A DNA stretch of 64,000 nucleotides from Cystobasidiomycetes sp. EMM_F5 (GCA_051047955.1 JBPGPT010000028.1:62001-126000), one strand, 5' to 3'; shown: positions 40,617 through 53,738, counted from the stretch's first letter. A program made the numbers and translations. Notes: generated by a model from the letters alone, not told the origin.

Positions 40617-42142
40617 ATGACTGCTGCTCCAATGCATCGCACTGCGCGGTCATCACGGCCAGCTGCGCCGTCGTCGGTCACTTCGTCGCCGTTGATGGCC
40701 AGCTCGAGCGATATCGAAAACCAGTCTGCTCAGACGATGGCCAGTCTTGGAATAGTCAAGCGAGGGTCCAGCACATCCGCATCGTCGAGGCCCGCTTCAT
40801 CGTCCATAACACCCCGTGGAGTGACTTTGCGCGACTCGCTGTCCGTCATTAGTCCTTCAGATGCAACGCCCTTGAAGCCGCAGCAGAGTAGACGGTCGTC
40901 TGCCATTTATGCCAACCACGGCAACGCATCTCCTCGCAGTCGTATAGTATCATCCGATGGCAGCAGTGTCAGCGGGTACGATAATCACGCCCGCTCTCCG
41001 CCAGTGACGGCCATTCGGAGACCGGCGCCGCTCACAAGCTCGCAAGCACAACAAAAGGACAGACTGCCATCAACCCCGCTCAGCGCTTCACTGCGCGCAT
41101 CCAAGAATGATCCGATTAGACTATCCTCTCGGAGCACGTCAACGCGCAGTCGCATTACGAGCACCAGCGCGTCTCATCCGCACCAAGATGCAAATACCTC
41201 CATAGTCGCAATTTCGCCCGATGACTACGCATCGCTCGTCTCACTCCTCGCGCTACGCGAAGAGGATCTGTGCGCACTCCAAGCTCAACTCGATGTAAAC
41301 AAGGCAGAACAAGCAAAGCTCAACGAGCGATGTGATGCTCTACAAAAGGAGAGGGATAGATTGTGTCAGCAGCTAGCCACAAACTCGCCAGTTGCGTCAG
41401 CCTTACCAGGAACATCTCGACGACTGTTGCAGAATCGAACCAATTCGGCGAATGGCACACAAGATGACGCGAGTAACGCGGCGGCGCTCAAGAAGGAGCT
41501 TGAAGAGGTTAAACGGCAGTACGAGATGCAGGAGAATCTACTGCTCGGATATCAGAGGGAAAACGAAAAGGCCACTGCGGAGATGAATGCGCACAAGAAA
41601 AGGTGAACAGTGCGAAGAGCTAGGTTAGCCGTTCTGACTTGTTCTTCCTGCTTTGTCTCGCCGCCAGGGAGAAGCACCTGACGGAGCAACTACGAAGAGT
41701 GTATGGTCCGTCCTTCTCCATCGATCTCGCCATGGACACTACCTCTCCATCGCCGGCAGGTGCAAACGCCGTTTCGTCTTTTGACAGCGAAGAGATCCTG
41801 CCGCCCGCTACAGCCAGCAACAGACGCCATAGCGGTGCCATGCTTTTGCAGTCACCACCTCCGTCACTGTCTTCTCTTGCCTCATCCAGCAGTCTTTCCC
41901 CAACCACTAGTACCACTACTGTTCCTTCGACAAAGCCAATACCTACAGACACCGATAACGCTACACTGCTTCGACAGTTGGTTGCCGTGCAAGACTTGGT
42001 CGGACGGTTTGAGCGACGCTTGTTGACCAGAGAAACGGAGCTCATCAAGCAGGAAGAGCAGGCTCGTACTGAGACGCTAAAAGCCGAGGAAATGATACAG
42101 CGTCTGCTTGCACACGTCCCTCCACCCATTGTCGCCAGTTGA
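40617..42142 (+). CDS. Ser-rich coiled-coil hypothetical protein
   Basis: Two long ORFs joined by an intron at about 41603-41668. Heptad-rich segments (LKKELEEVKRQYEMQENLLLGYQRENEKA). Confidence 0.75.
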
Positions 42143-42232
42143 ATTACTGTATTAGTTCGTATGTCGATGCGGATGGAAGCGAGTCTATAGCCCAGATCGT
42201 ATTTGCATGATCGAATGTCTTCCGGCTCTAGC

Positions 42233-43273
42233 TTATTGTGATGCTGGTCTACTGAATCCCCGCAATACCTTCAGTACGCAGTGACGATAGTGCCAGGCAA
42301 GAAGCCTTTTGTCTGGTCCTTCGATGTCCTCTTCCGAATCCGTTCGAAAGCGGCCTGGGCGAATAATTTTACCATGATACCCAAGTATGGACGCATGCCC
42401 GTGAAGAACGTGGACGACTAAGTCATCTCCCTGTATGAGTCAATCAGACTGTGTACTCTATCGTATGGTATTGGCGCTTACCTGTGCGTACAGCGACCAT
42501 TGAAAACGATTGTATGCTCTGTGCATATCCGTCTGAAGAAACAAGGCATAGGAAGCATTGTACGGCGGGTCTCGATAGTCATCTCCGAGTACGGTCTGGT
42601 AGATCTGCGCATTTGGATTAGTTTACATGTCAACGCTGGCATAGGTAACCTGTCGCATATCATACATCGTCCCTATGTTTGGGTGCTAGATGCGCTGCTT
42701 GGCTGACTGTGTATGATGCATTGGTGATGACGCAGCGTCCATCCCGTATGAGTAGCCGTTCGCGTAGCTCGCCCTTCGATGAAGCAAACACGGAAAACAG
42801 ATTAGATGACATCAAATCGTCCCGCCGGCATTGAAATACACCTGGAGCGCTGACATCTGAGAGGCCGCAAGGGAGGCGCTGTCATCGAATGGATCTTCTG
42901 GCCCGGGTGATAGACCCTGATGTCGACCATCGGGTCCGCTCGCCCAGGTGAAATGTATACCAGGCTCTGTGGGCTGGAAAAGGAGATCCAAACTGGCTGT
43001 AGGAACGGCGTCGAGATCCACGTCGTTTTCTTCATAGTCGCGCAGCCTGCCCGGCTCATTGACGGTGTGTTGGACAAGCTCTTGTAGGAAGTGATTGGTA
43101 TTACTGCCGCACTTTTCCAGGAATGCTAATGGGACTTTGAGCGGCCGCTGATAGCCTTGTACAAAGATGCGGATGCGACTTCCTCGCGGCCATGTCGAGT
43201 CCATCGTATTGTAGAGCTGCGCATGGTCTGGCCTTTGCAGGCTGTTAGCTGCCTGTGTTAATCTACCAGCCAT
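42233..43273 (-). CDS. Fungal HNH_2-type endonuclease-domain protein
   Basis: Spliced: LRERLLIRDGRCVITN...QAAHLAP...YALFLQTDMHRAYNRFQWSL...VVHVL..YHGKII...PDKRLLAWHYRHCVL. Confidence 0.8.
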
Positions 43274-44099
43274 GGAGACGACACAGATGGTGATGGCGGA
43301 GTTTGAGACAGAAAAGGCGCTGTAAAAAGCGGCTCTGTATCGTCGTTCCGCATAAAAAGGCGCACCATCGGTTGTCGCGATGCCTGCAATTGCATGTATA
43401 CGTCTATCTTATGCCAATTTGATGACTGAAATTATGAATACTGTTCACTCCGTATCTGCGCAATGGAGATGGCTATGAATGCTTCAAGTAGCCATTGCTG
43501 TTACACGACATTACTATCCGCACGTTTCCGACAAACGACGAGTAAATCGAGCTGGTGTTGAGCGACAACTAAACGATGCCGCTCGCCAGTAGTCGTATTT
43601 ACAGCGTGCGGTTATACTGCCGAATGCCTTCTAAGGACAGACAGCTCCGTTTACGCAAGATTGCTCGAACATATCGCATACCATGCGGGGTCTGTGCGGT
43701 TGACGAGCACTTCACCAGACGCTCTCGGCGGCAGCCAATTGATTCTGCAGGGCGCCAACTCGTCCATCGGTATGTGTAATCTGTAGAGGATGGATGATGC
43801 CGCAGCGTCGCCATGCTTCATCGCGTTTTTAACGAGATCTGTTTCAGCCATGACAAGTTTGGCGTTTGTTCGAGATATCACGCTCATTCCAGCCATGCAA
43901 ATGGTAAGTGACGAATAGTGCGAGCAGTTCAGCGTGCATCGTGTTGTCGTTGTATAGTATCATCTTCTCCGTAAAGTGTCGCCACTCTCACTCCACCTTT
44001 CCATCAGCCATTCTCTGTAGTGCTTCTCTGTTTCTTTCCAACCCATCCTCACCCCTTTTGATTCCAACAGCTGACGCACACTTGCACACACAGCACATC

Positions 44100-46008
44100 A
44101 TGGTGAGCATTAATGATGCTGCGTCTGCTCCTTGACCACCCTCCCCCTCCTTGCCCGCTTTCCTCGTCGTCGTATTGCGTGTTGTCGAGAGTTGCCGGGT
44201 CTCATGCAAGGCTGAAGTCACTCCAGGCCACTTGATGAGAGCTATACGTTGTGTGTGACTGTTTGCTGTGGATCTCTCCCCGGTCTGCTCTTTCCCCTCT
44301 TCATGACACGCCGTGACGCGTAATGGCACATTCTCACGCCCCTCCACCACTGTCAAGCGACACAAGCTGACTGTCACACTCTACACATCCCAATCTCCCA
44401 TCCACTCACGTTGCCCCCTCAGTCCGAGCAATTCTTCCAAGACGTCGAGCAACTCCAGGAGCAGGGCATTTCGGCTCAGGATATCGCAAAACTCAAGTCG
44501 GCGGGAATAGCAACAGTCAAGGGAGTACAGCAGGGTGAGTGTTTTCGAGTTGCCAGACTGCATGTGTCGTGTTCACTGCGAATGCAACTTTTTCATGTGA
44601 CACGACAGCCACAAGAAAGACGCTGTGCAAGATCAAGGTGAGTGACACTTATCGGATTAGGATGGCAGGTTTGAGCTGAGCTGACACTTTCGATTGCCTT
44701 GTTGCCTCCCTCTCTGATTCTCAGGGCCTGTCGGAAATCAAGGTCGACAAGATCAAAGACGCCGCCAACAAGGTCTCGCCAACTGCCTTGATGACTGGCC
44801 TCGAAGCCGCCCAGCGCAGATCATCAGTCTTCTTCATCTCGACTGGTTCCAAGGCGTTTGATGCTATCCTCGGAGGTGGTATCGAATCTCGTGGGTGTCC
44901 ACTGCCCGCACTTACTATCTCGAAGTATCTGACCCAATGTCCTGCCCCACTTATCGCAACACGACTCCGTAGAGAGCATGACTGAAGTCTATGGCGAATT
45001 CCGTACAGGAAAGACTCAGCTCGCACAGACCCTCTGTGTCATGGCTCAGCTGCCGACAGAAATGGGCGGCGCTTCCGGAAAGGTGCGTTGAGTCTGTCAT
45101 CCACACCAAACACAAACGGGCGACTTGTGACACTTTGACGCAGGTAGCGTACATTGACACGGAAGGCACGTTCCGACCAGAGCGCATTCAGGCTATTGCA
45201 GATAGATTTGGTGTAGGTGCGTCAGATACCTTGTTATATTTAGACTTGGAATTGTCTTGACTCTGCATTGCATCATACAGATGGACAGGCTGCTCTCGAC
45301 AATATTGTCGTCGGTCGCGCCCACAATTCGGAGCATCGTGAGCCTCTTCGTCACTAAACCTACTAAGCATTACTAACACAATGCTCCACTCATCAGAAAT
45401 GGAGCTCATCAACATTCTAGCGGCTAAATTTGCAGAGGAGGACTGTTACCGTCTTCTGGTCAGTCTCTCCGGTCTCCACATACAGGCATTCATGTTGAAC
45501 GTCAACACATATCCCCTCTGACAGATTGTCGATTCAATCATGGCGCTATTCCGAGTCGACTATTCAGGTCGCGGTGAACTATCTGAGCGACAGCAGGCGC
45601 TCAACAAACTTCTCTCTAGGTTGACTCGAATCGCCGAGGAGTTTAATGTTGCAGTCTTTATCACTAATCAGGTGCAAGCCGATCCAGGTGCAAGTGCCAT
45701 CTTTGCGGTAAGCCTGACCTCATTCAAGGCCTTTCCAACAGCTCGGCTGACTGGAGACCTTTCACTTGCAGACTGCCGACAAGAAAGCTGTTGGTGGCCA
45801 TGGTCAGCTGATTCATCGATTTTGATCCGTACCCATGAGCTGACTTCGTCTCGATGTCCGTTCAGTCCTCGCCCACGCTTCCGCAACTCGCCTCTTCCTC
45901 CGCAAAGGTCGCGGAGAGGAACGCATCGCCAAACTTGCCGACAGTCCGACGATGCCGGAGTCCGAAGCGACTTACAAGATTAGCGCAGGCGGTATTGAGG
46001 ACGCTTGA
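44100..46008 (+). CDS. DMC1: Meiotic recombinase Dmc1
   Basis: Walker [25 protein letters not shown]1-type [29 protein letters not shown] and [15 protein letters not shown]-only first coding exon. Confidence 0.92.
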
Positions 46009-46936
46009 TATCGAAAGACGAAGTCGCTCATCATCTTCGCTTTCACATTCGCTTCAACGTCCGGCTGGGGATGTCCTTGTTGGAGATGCGACTTGCCCAA
46101 TTGATACCGCTCATGATTGCATACCCGCTTATTAGCAACGACCAACTCATCACTGTCTTACTTTTAAGTCGTATGCGCCACACGCATCGAAAGTCAACAA
46201 GTACGAATATACAGTCATCTCACGCTACCGTCCTGCACAAGCCGTATTCTTTCGCGCCACGCCGATTGGTTGTCGAGTATACATACGACAGGACGACAAC
46301 CCTGCCGAATTGTTTTCAGTAATAGTCACCAATCAAACGCTATTCTGCCTTTCTCTCTTTCAGCAGTACATCTTTACGTTGTAGCATGTCCCTCAGTTAT
46401 TGCATGAAATGACAAAGACGATGACAAAGACGATGATATTTCACAGTACTTTGCTGATACAGGTTGATGGTTATCTCGAGATTCTGATTTTGATTTGGAA
46501 GTACATGAGCTTGACATGGCATGCAGCCGTCTTTGCCATTTGCAGATGCGATCATGAAATTTTGAATTTACGAGGGTCACAAAGCCTCGCGAGATGAATG
46601 ATAAGCTGCCTTCTCGTGAGCTTTGACGCGGCGAGCTCTTCAGCTCACGAAAAAAAAGCTTGAGCAAGGTCGATAATGCTTCAAGACATGCTGCATTTGG
46701 ATGACGCTGAACGAGCTGTCTGCGAGGAGATGTTAGTACAGAACATTTCCTGGGAGCGGCAGGAGGGAGACATGAGACACTGTCCGAATACTGATCTACT
46801 AAGAGGCTGAAACGCTGAAAGGCCGAAGGGAGGACAGAAAAGGTTGCTAATCGTCAATCTCTCATTCACCAGCGCCATACCTCCGCACGTTTGCATCACT
46901 AACTATTCGACCATTACTACAGGATCTTTTCCGAGA

Positions 46937-47772
46937 ATGTCATCTCCGGAGTCTGCCGCTCAGCCGACTACAGCTCATAGCGAAACGCCAACACTAGTAA
47001 AACCATATCTTACGCTCGCAAACATCGCGTTGGCCTTGTTGGCTGTAGCCGTATCTGTTCTCACTGGTCCCGGCGCCTGGCTGAATCCAGTCTGGTGGAC
47101 ATCTCAGGTTGGCGCCTGGCCATGCAGCGTTAACGCGCTTGAGACTGCTGTAAGCCTTGTTCGGTGATACTATGCATACAGTCTTGTGCGATGTGTTCAC
47201 GGTGGGCTGCAATTGCAAATATCCCATCTCTTCCTAGATTGAAATATGAAATATCCAAGCTGTATTACCCTGACCTGGACTTACTCAACCTGAAGGAGGA
47301 CTCAGAGGCGTGGCGTAAACGTTACCGGCAGCAAATCCTCGCAAGTCATGTCGTACTGGGACAACTCCGCTTTTATAGCTCACTGTGGAACAGCTGGCAA
47401 ATGCTATTGAAGTTCGCAGGCTCCACCGATGTTGTCCCCTCGACCAGTGACCGCCTTTCCCTCAGGACCAATTCCACCACTGTTAGTAAGAGGGCGCCGC
47501 GCGGACTGCATTCATTCTTCTGGTTCTCGGTTCGATGTCTCTGCGTAGTTCTCTATTATCTGGCTGCTCCAATTGTAGCCTTCGTAAGCGCGGTCCGATG
47601 GGTTTCATGTGCCACTGGCCTTCGCGAATTCTGGATCTTGCTCAGAGACTGGAAAGATGGAACGATCATGCGGAAACAGTCTCTCAATGGCCCAAGGCGG
47701 CGCAGTAAATGGGCTTCTCATCATTCCTTCTCCTTACTGTGGCATTTGCGTATCGCTCGTGCGTCGAGCTGA
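46937..47772 (+). CDS. Hypothetical membrane protein
   Basis: Two ORFs with hydrophobic segments (LANIALALLAVAVSVL; FWFSVRCLCVVLYYLAAPIVAFV) that join in frame through a GT-AG intron at about 47108-47181. Confidence 0.5.
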
Positions 47773-48122
47773 TGAATAGCTACGCTGACCGATTGTACGT
47801 GAAAGGTCATCTGGGTATTTTCTTGACGGTACATTGACCCGGGGTACAATATTCTGACTCCTTGCCCCTGAAAATCCAGCATTCTCTGCCCTTCTCGACA
47901 AGGAGAAATGCCGCCCCTCACATCCGTGAACCACCGTATTTGCTACCTCGACTCATGCCTGCAGATACTACCATTTGTTGTACTTTGCCACCAGTTTCGC
48001 GACTCTGCAATTTTTGCAAGTGCTCTGCGGACCTTTTGCCTTGGGACCAGACCAGCACATCCACGACGACGCTGCACCCAAATTACTGCATAATCAGTCT
48101 CTAAGCTGCATTGTCAATCACC

Positions 48123-49882
48123 ATGTCTGGCATCAAGCTGTTCGGATTCCGTGAGTTGGTGTTGGTCTTTGAGATTTTTAGACACGACATAGCGAGCTGA
48201 AACGGAACCCGTTCTTGTCGCGGCGCTCGCAAATCCACCTCTTTCATCTCCTGTGTTGCATTCTGACGCTCCCTTGCAGCCGAAACCCCGCGCATCATCG
48301 CACCACGCATCGTTGCTGAGCTCTCTGGCGTAGACATCGAATTTGTAGACACACCCATCTTTGACCACGCCAAGTTGAGCGACGACTTCAAGGCAAAGTT
48401 CCCAAAGCTCAAGGTGGGTTGTGACGGATGTAGCTGCTCTCTGGCTCTGGTTGTCTGCGGTAGTTGCTGTTCTGCTACAGCCAGGTCCTCGAGTCGAGCG
48501 GCACGTGCGGAATGGATAATTGAAGACTCAGCTGATGCAATGGTCCGTCTCTTGACAGGTTCCTGCTCTTGAACATGGCGACGTCAGAATCACCGAGACT
48601 CTCGCCGTGTCGTACTACATTGCCAGCCAGTCTACCGGCGAGCACAACCTCTTTGACCTGTTTGGCTCCACCAACATTGAAAAGACCCAAGTCCTCGAAT
48701 GGGCGTCGTTTGCAAACAGCCACTTCTTCCCTACCCTCGCTTCTTGGTACATTCCCATCGTCCGCGGTCCGTACAACAAAAAGGCATCGGATGATGGAAA
48801 GGTAGCAACACAGTCACTATTTGCATACCTCAACACCTACCTCGAGACGCGCACTTTCCTCGTCTCTGAGCGCATCACATTTGCTGATATCTTCCTTGGC
48901 TGCGCCATTCAACGCGGCGGTGACCATGTTAGTACTTTTGCTAAAAACTGATCCGGACAGGAACATTGGCTGACAAACAAACGTCGTAAGGTTGTCGATG
49001 AGGCATTCATCAGCCAATACCCCAACGTCAAGCGATTCTACAAGACTGTTGTGAACCAGCCTGCTGCACTCAAGGTTTACGGAACTTCCCCTACGCTCAT
49101 TGCCAAGCCAAAAGAGTACACTGCACCAGCAAAGGAGCCAAAGGCTGCTAAGGCGCCAGCTGCTGCACCAGCTGCCGCTGCCCCGAAAGCTGAAAAGCCA
49201 AAGAAGGCTGCCAAAGCAGCAGATGACGACGAGGAGGAAGACGATTCCGCCGCCGCCAACGAGCCAAAAGCCAAGCATCCGTGCGAAGCACTCGGAAAGC
49301 CCGTACTCAACCTCGAGGACTGGAAGCGCAAGTACTCCAATGAGGACACCCCGAAAGCCATGGAATGGTTTGCCGAAAATTACAAGCCAGACGAGTACTC
49401 GCTATGGCGCGTGACTTACAAGTACCCAGAGGAGCTGTCCAAGAAGGGTGAGTCACGGCATGACACCCTCTACCTGTATGCCCAATGTACTAACTTCTTC
49501 GTGCCGTTCCAGTCTTCATGAACTCGAACCTGATTGGCGGTTTCCACACTCGTCTGGAGGGTTCGCGAAAGTACTTGTTCGGCAATGCCTGCGTGTACGG
49601 CGAGGACAATGCCGACAAGCACGCTATCCAGGGTGCCTACCTCTGCCGAGGCGCCGAGTGGAAGCCAGTCTTTGAGGTCGGTCCAGACTACGAGTCGTAC
49701 GAATTCACCCCGCTCGACTTTTCCAAGCCGGAAGATAAGGAATTTGTCTCGAAGAACTGGGCTTGGGAGGATGAGGTTGATGGAATGAAGGCTGTTGATG
49801 GCAAGGTGAGATTTGAAACTTACGCAGGGATTTGCTGGATTTTAGGCACTCATACCCTTTCTCTCTACAGGTCTTCAAGTAA
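48123..49882 (+). CDS. TEF4: Translation elongation factor 1B gamma
   Basis: GST-like N-terminal domain (KFPKLKVPAL, YLETRTFLVSERITFAD). C-terminal domain KAKHPCEALG, LEDWKRKYSNEDT, MNSNLIGGFHTRLEGSRKY, DGKVFK*. Confidence 0.95.
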
Positions 49883-51187
49883 ATGAGATAATCATGGCTC
49901 ATACTTCAGTCGGCAAAGTGCTGTGATGATTCTTGCATTTTGAATTAGACCCACAGCTAGATATGGCACGCCCTGTTTACGACGTCATTGCTAGTCTACA
50001 GTAGTAGCAGTAGACGCGTTCGTCGCAATGGATTAAGCTAGAAACAATGATTGCCTGCCTTTCTTTCGTTACTTTCTTGAGGTGTCGTTGCCTTCTACCG
50101 AACGAGAATCGTAAGGAGCTGAAACAGCAATTATGCTATGCTAGATGAGTCGTGCGTAACATGCAAGAATGAATGGTCCTTGTTCATGTCCACGTACAGC
50201 TTCCATGCTCTCAAGCTGCAGCTGAGGCCAAGGCTTCATGGCAACTATGGCATCGCTGTTGCTCAATCCGCCATGCTGCCCTCGCTGAACATGCCTACGA
50301 ATGCCGCAGCTCGAAGCAGCCTGACGCTTTCCGCAGATCATGATGACCGTCTTGCTTGGAGTCTGACGTTCACTCATGCAACGCCCAGGATGTTTCGATT
50401 CAAGGCGCGGATGCATATGTCCGCCCGCAAGCTTGTCCAACAAGAAAAGAGCCACACGTACACCTTGTCTGGCTCGTGAGGCGTCCTTGCATTCAATCGC
50501 CGAAGTGCGATATCCAGTCTTCCTGTCTCACACCCTCCTCGAGTTCCGGAGAAGCAAGTCTTGGAAACGGTCATACAATCATACCTCACCCCTTGGCTGC
50601 CGAGAATGCATTCCATTGAGTCATATGGCCGGTACACGTTTGTGCGGCTTCGGATTCCGATAGTTCAACACACCATCAAGGGCACGTAGGATTGTCTGAC
50701 GGAATCCTGTGCATCCTATGCTGAACGCCGCTACCCGCTAGTTTCAGCATACGGTACCGCTGAATGCAGACTAACGACACCTCCTCCACGCAATGCCCGT
50801 ACCGTGTGTGCACATTCATCAACGACGTATTGTCCCAAGCTAGAGGAAAAGCGTAGATTTGTCTGCCAAACTTCAGACGCCTTGAATGGCGTGGACGGAG
50901 GCATGCTGACACCAAACAGTCTCTGATAAAAGGTAAACTTCCAACGCTGCTCCTTCCTTGTCTCCACTCGTCTTACTCTTACAAGAACGTCGTCCTTGCA
51001 CATCGTCACCACTCCAACTCCAAAACACACCTGATTGACAAATACTTGTCCACCCCGCCGCCTACTGCGTCGACACCCATCTTCACACCCTTCTCCACAT
51101 CCAGGATTCCTCCACGGTGCGCGTGTTGTGCTTTGTCAGCATCCCCCTTCCCCGCATGCTGACTAATCCTCACCACGTCCGTGCGTC

Positions 51188-53566
51188 ATGACCGTTGACC
51201 GCAGGCGCAACGGTTCTGGAAGAGGAGAGTCAGGTACGCTTATTCCATTGCCGTTACCAACGGTCATTCCCCGGCACCCCTTTCCGGCATAAGACTGCCG
51301 GTCGCAGGCTGGCTTGCGTTGACGCCGACTGAGATACCCTCGAGGTGTACTGCAGCAGCATCAGCGAGACTGGAGGACGTTTGTTCCTTCTCATCCTGCT
51401 CAAGGCTATCGACATCATCTGTGAGTTGTATAAGAACCATCGCCGTGTTTGGCCAAATATCCTGCCAGGACGAATAGTCTGCGTCGCAATCCTCAACATG
51501 CGCGTAGGCAAACCTACCAGCATCCACGACACCGACGTCGATGGCCTTCATCTCGGTATGGCCCTCGTCAACTTCTCTCGCGACTGGGGTACAACAGACG
51601 ATCAAGAGAGACTCCGAAATGCCAGATACGTCTACGAGCAGAACTTGATCGCTAATCCACCTCAATTCGGTCATATACCCGTCATGCGTCGTCCCTTTAG
51701 CGGTGGACCCATCACGACGAGCACCGGAACCTACACAAATTCAATCCTCGATGACCCGTACTTTATGGCGGGGTCGAGTATCCGCAACCCACCACGTTAC
51801 ACAGACACTTCGAATGCGCGTGGTCCTCCGACCAGAACAAGGCGGACAGGTATGGTGGGATCCTCGAGCACTAATCTACCAGGTGGAAGTGGCACTTCTG
51901 GACTTCTGACAGGCTTGGGCACGAGTGCACCCGCTCCCCCGCTTCTGAGCAATACGCGTGTCAACATTACCAATTTTCCGTCTGATCCGTCTACCTATCC
52001 AAGCCATACCGGAACGCTGATAGGCGAATCCGACTTTACTGTAGGCACCCAAGGCCCATCGAGTACTTCTATGTCGAGTCGCCGTCGCGGAAAACAGCCA
52101 AGCATCTCACGCTCAAAGACTGTCGCAGAAGGCACATCTCCACTATCCCTAGGAACAGCCACATATGGACCCTCCTCGCCGAGTCCGTACTCTATAGCTC
52201 CGGACTCTCCGATAATTCATCCTACAGGGTCTCTCCCAAGCGACCAGCTCTTCATGTCGAGCAGTCGCCGCGGAAAATTGCCAGCCCTTCCACCTCTTCC
52301 TCCTATTGGCAGCACAACTCTCGGAGGTAGCAACTTCGGTTTACCTCCTCTAGGCCCTTTACCCAGCTTGTCTCGCACGACGTCTGGACGTACACGCCAT
52401 GACGACAGCGGTCTGGGTAATACGACCACCTCGTCGTTTGGAGGAGGACTCAAGTCCAGCACCTCGCGCAAGCGTCAACCCGTCTATTCCCAAGCCGTCG
52501 ATGATGACCTTCTCGGTCACCTCGATACCTCCAGAGGCAGCACAAGCAGTAACACTCGTGCACCGGAACTACGTCGGACAATCTCGTCTACAAATCTCTC
52601 AGCAGGAGGGTTTGGCGGCATGGCTGGACTACGACCGTTGCCTTCATTGTCCAAAGGCTTCGATTACAGTCTGACATCAGGACTCGGAAGTATGAGTCGT
52701 AAGCCATTCTCAATCTATGGATGAAGCGCAAAGCGTAATTTATGCTAATCGTGCTGCTTCTACACTGTAATAGTCGACTGGAACAGCGACAGCAACAAAC
52801 GCTCTGGAAAAGGGCGGGCAGGTAGACCGACGGCCACTCCCAGCGGTGCGCTAAATCGTAATTCCTGACACATGCTGCACTGACGTCCGTTTGATCTTTC
52901 GATTTCAGCAGACGACCTACTGTTTCCGATGGACGGCTTCAGTGATGCTGAGCGGACTAGCCCTGGACATCCCAGTACATCCTACAACCCAGACTTGGAT
53001 ACAGCTGGCCCGATGTATGCACCGCGAACGGAAGAACGAGGACGAACGCGCGAGCGTGGACGACGGGGAAGTACGTCAGGAACGTCGGGCTCGCTACTCG
53101 ATCCTTCGAGACGACGTAGCGTTGGCAGCGCATCGGCGCTCGGACTAGGCAGTGGTCTTCCGCCCTTGACGTCGTCGAATCTCTCAAACCTGGGTGCTTC
53201 CACTTCTGGTACATCTGGTCCATCCCGGCCGGCTGCATCTATACCCTTTGTCCCATCAAAGCCTATTGACATCATATCGGAGAAGGACAAGGTGGCTCGT
53301 CGTATCCACGAAGATCGGCTGGCTTTCGATGATCTCCTAAACAGGCCACACCATTACGGCTTGATGGACAATCGAAACCTTCCTTTACGTATTCCTACGG
53401 ATGAACAAATCGTCAGGTTGAAAGCAGAAGGTGCGTGCACGTGTACACAAGACTAGTAATTCCCTTGCAATCTTGACTTACAGGCCTGCTTGCAGGTAAA
53501 GCGTGGCGCATCAACAGAGCCATCAACCTAAACGGATGGCTCAGTGACGAAGACATCGATGATTAG
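51188..53566 (+). CDS. Orphan protein, mostly S/T/G/P-rich low complexity, start uncertain
   Basis: ORFs 51345-52724 and 52929-53456 plus a last exon LLAGKAWRINRAINLNGWLSDEDIDD*. The internal junction and the 5' exons are not firmly resolved. Confidence 0.6.
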
Positions 53567-53738
53567 GCGAATAACTCTCCGGTAAAGCGCAGTAGCATTG
53601 GGAGCCCGCAGACGATAAAGACTATTGTACAGAGCGCGTTGTCCGCAGATAGGCTACAAATTGATCTGTACAGCTGATTTGTTTGCACAGCGCCGTGGTA
53701 CATGTGATGATCAGATCGTGGGCTATGATTCACTTGCA

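Noticed and set aside
47767..47860. TGATGA...CTGA with short GAG/CTC flanks, resembling a C/D snoRNA upstream of eEF1B-gamma
   Set aside because: The TGATGA coincides with the stop codon of the upstream ORF, the terminal stem is weak, and I recognise no rRNA-complementary guide. A snoscan or Infernal run would be needed.
49900..51180. Short ORFs on both strands between TEF4 and the orphan gene
   Set aside because: No recognisable motifs and no consistent splice model. They may be 5' exons of the downstream gene.
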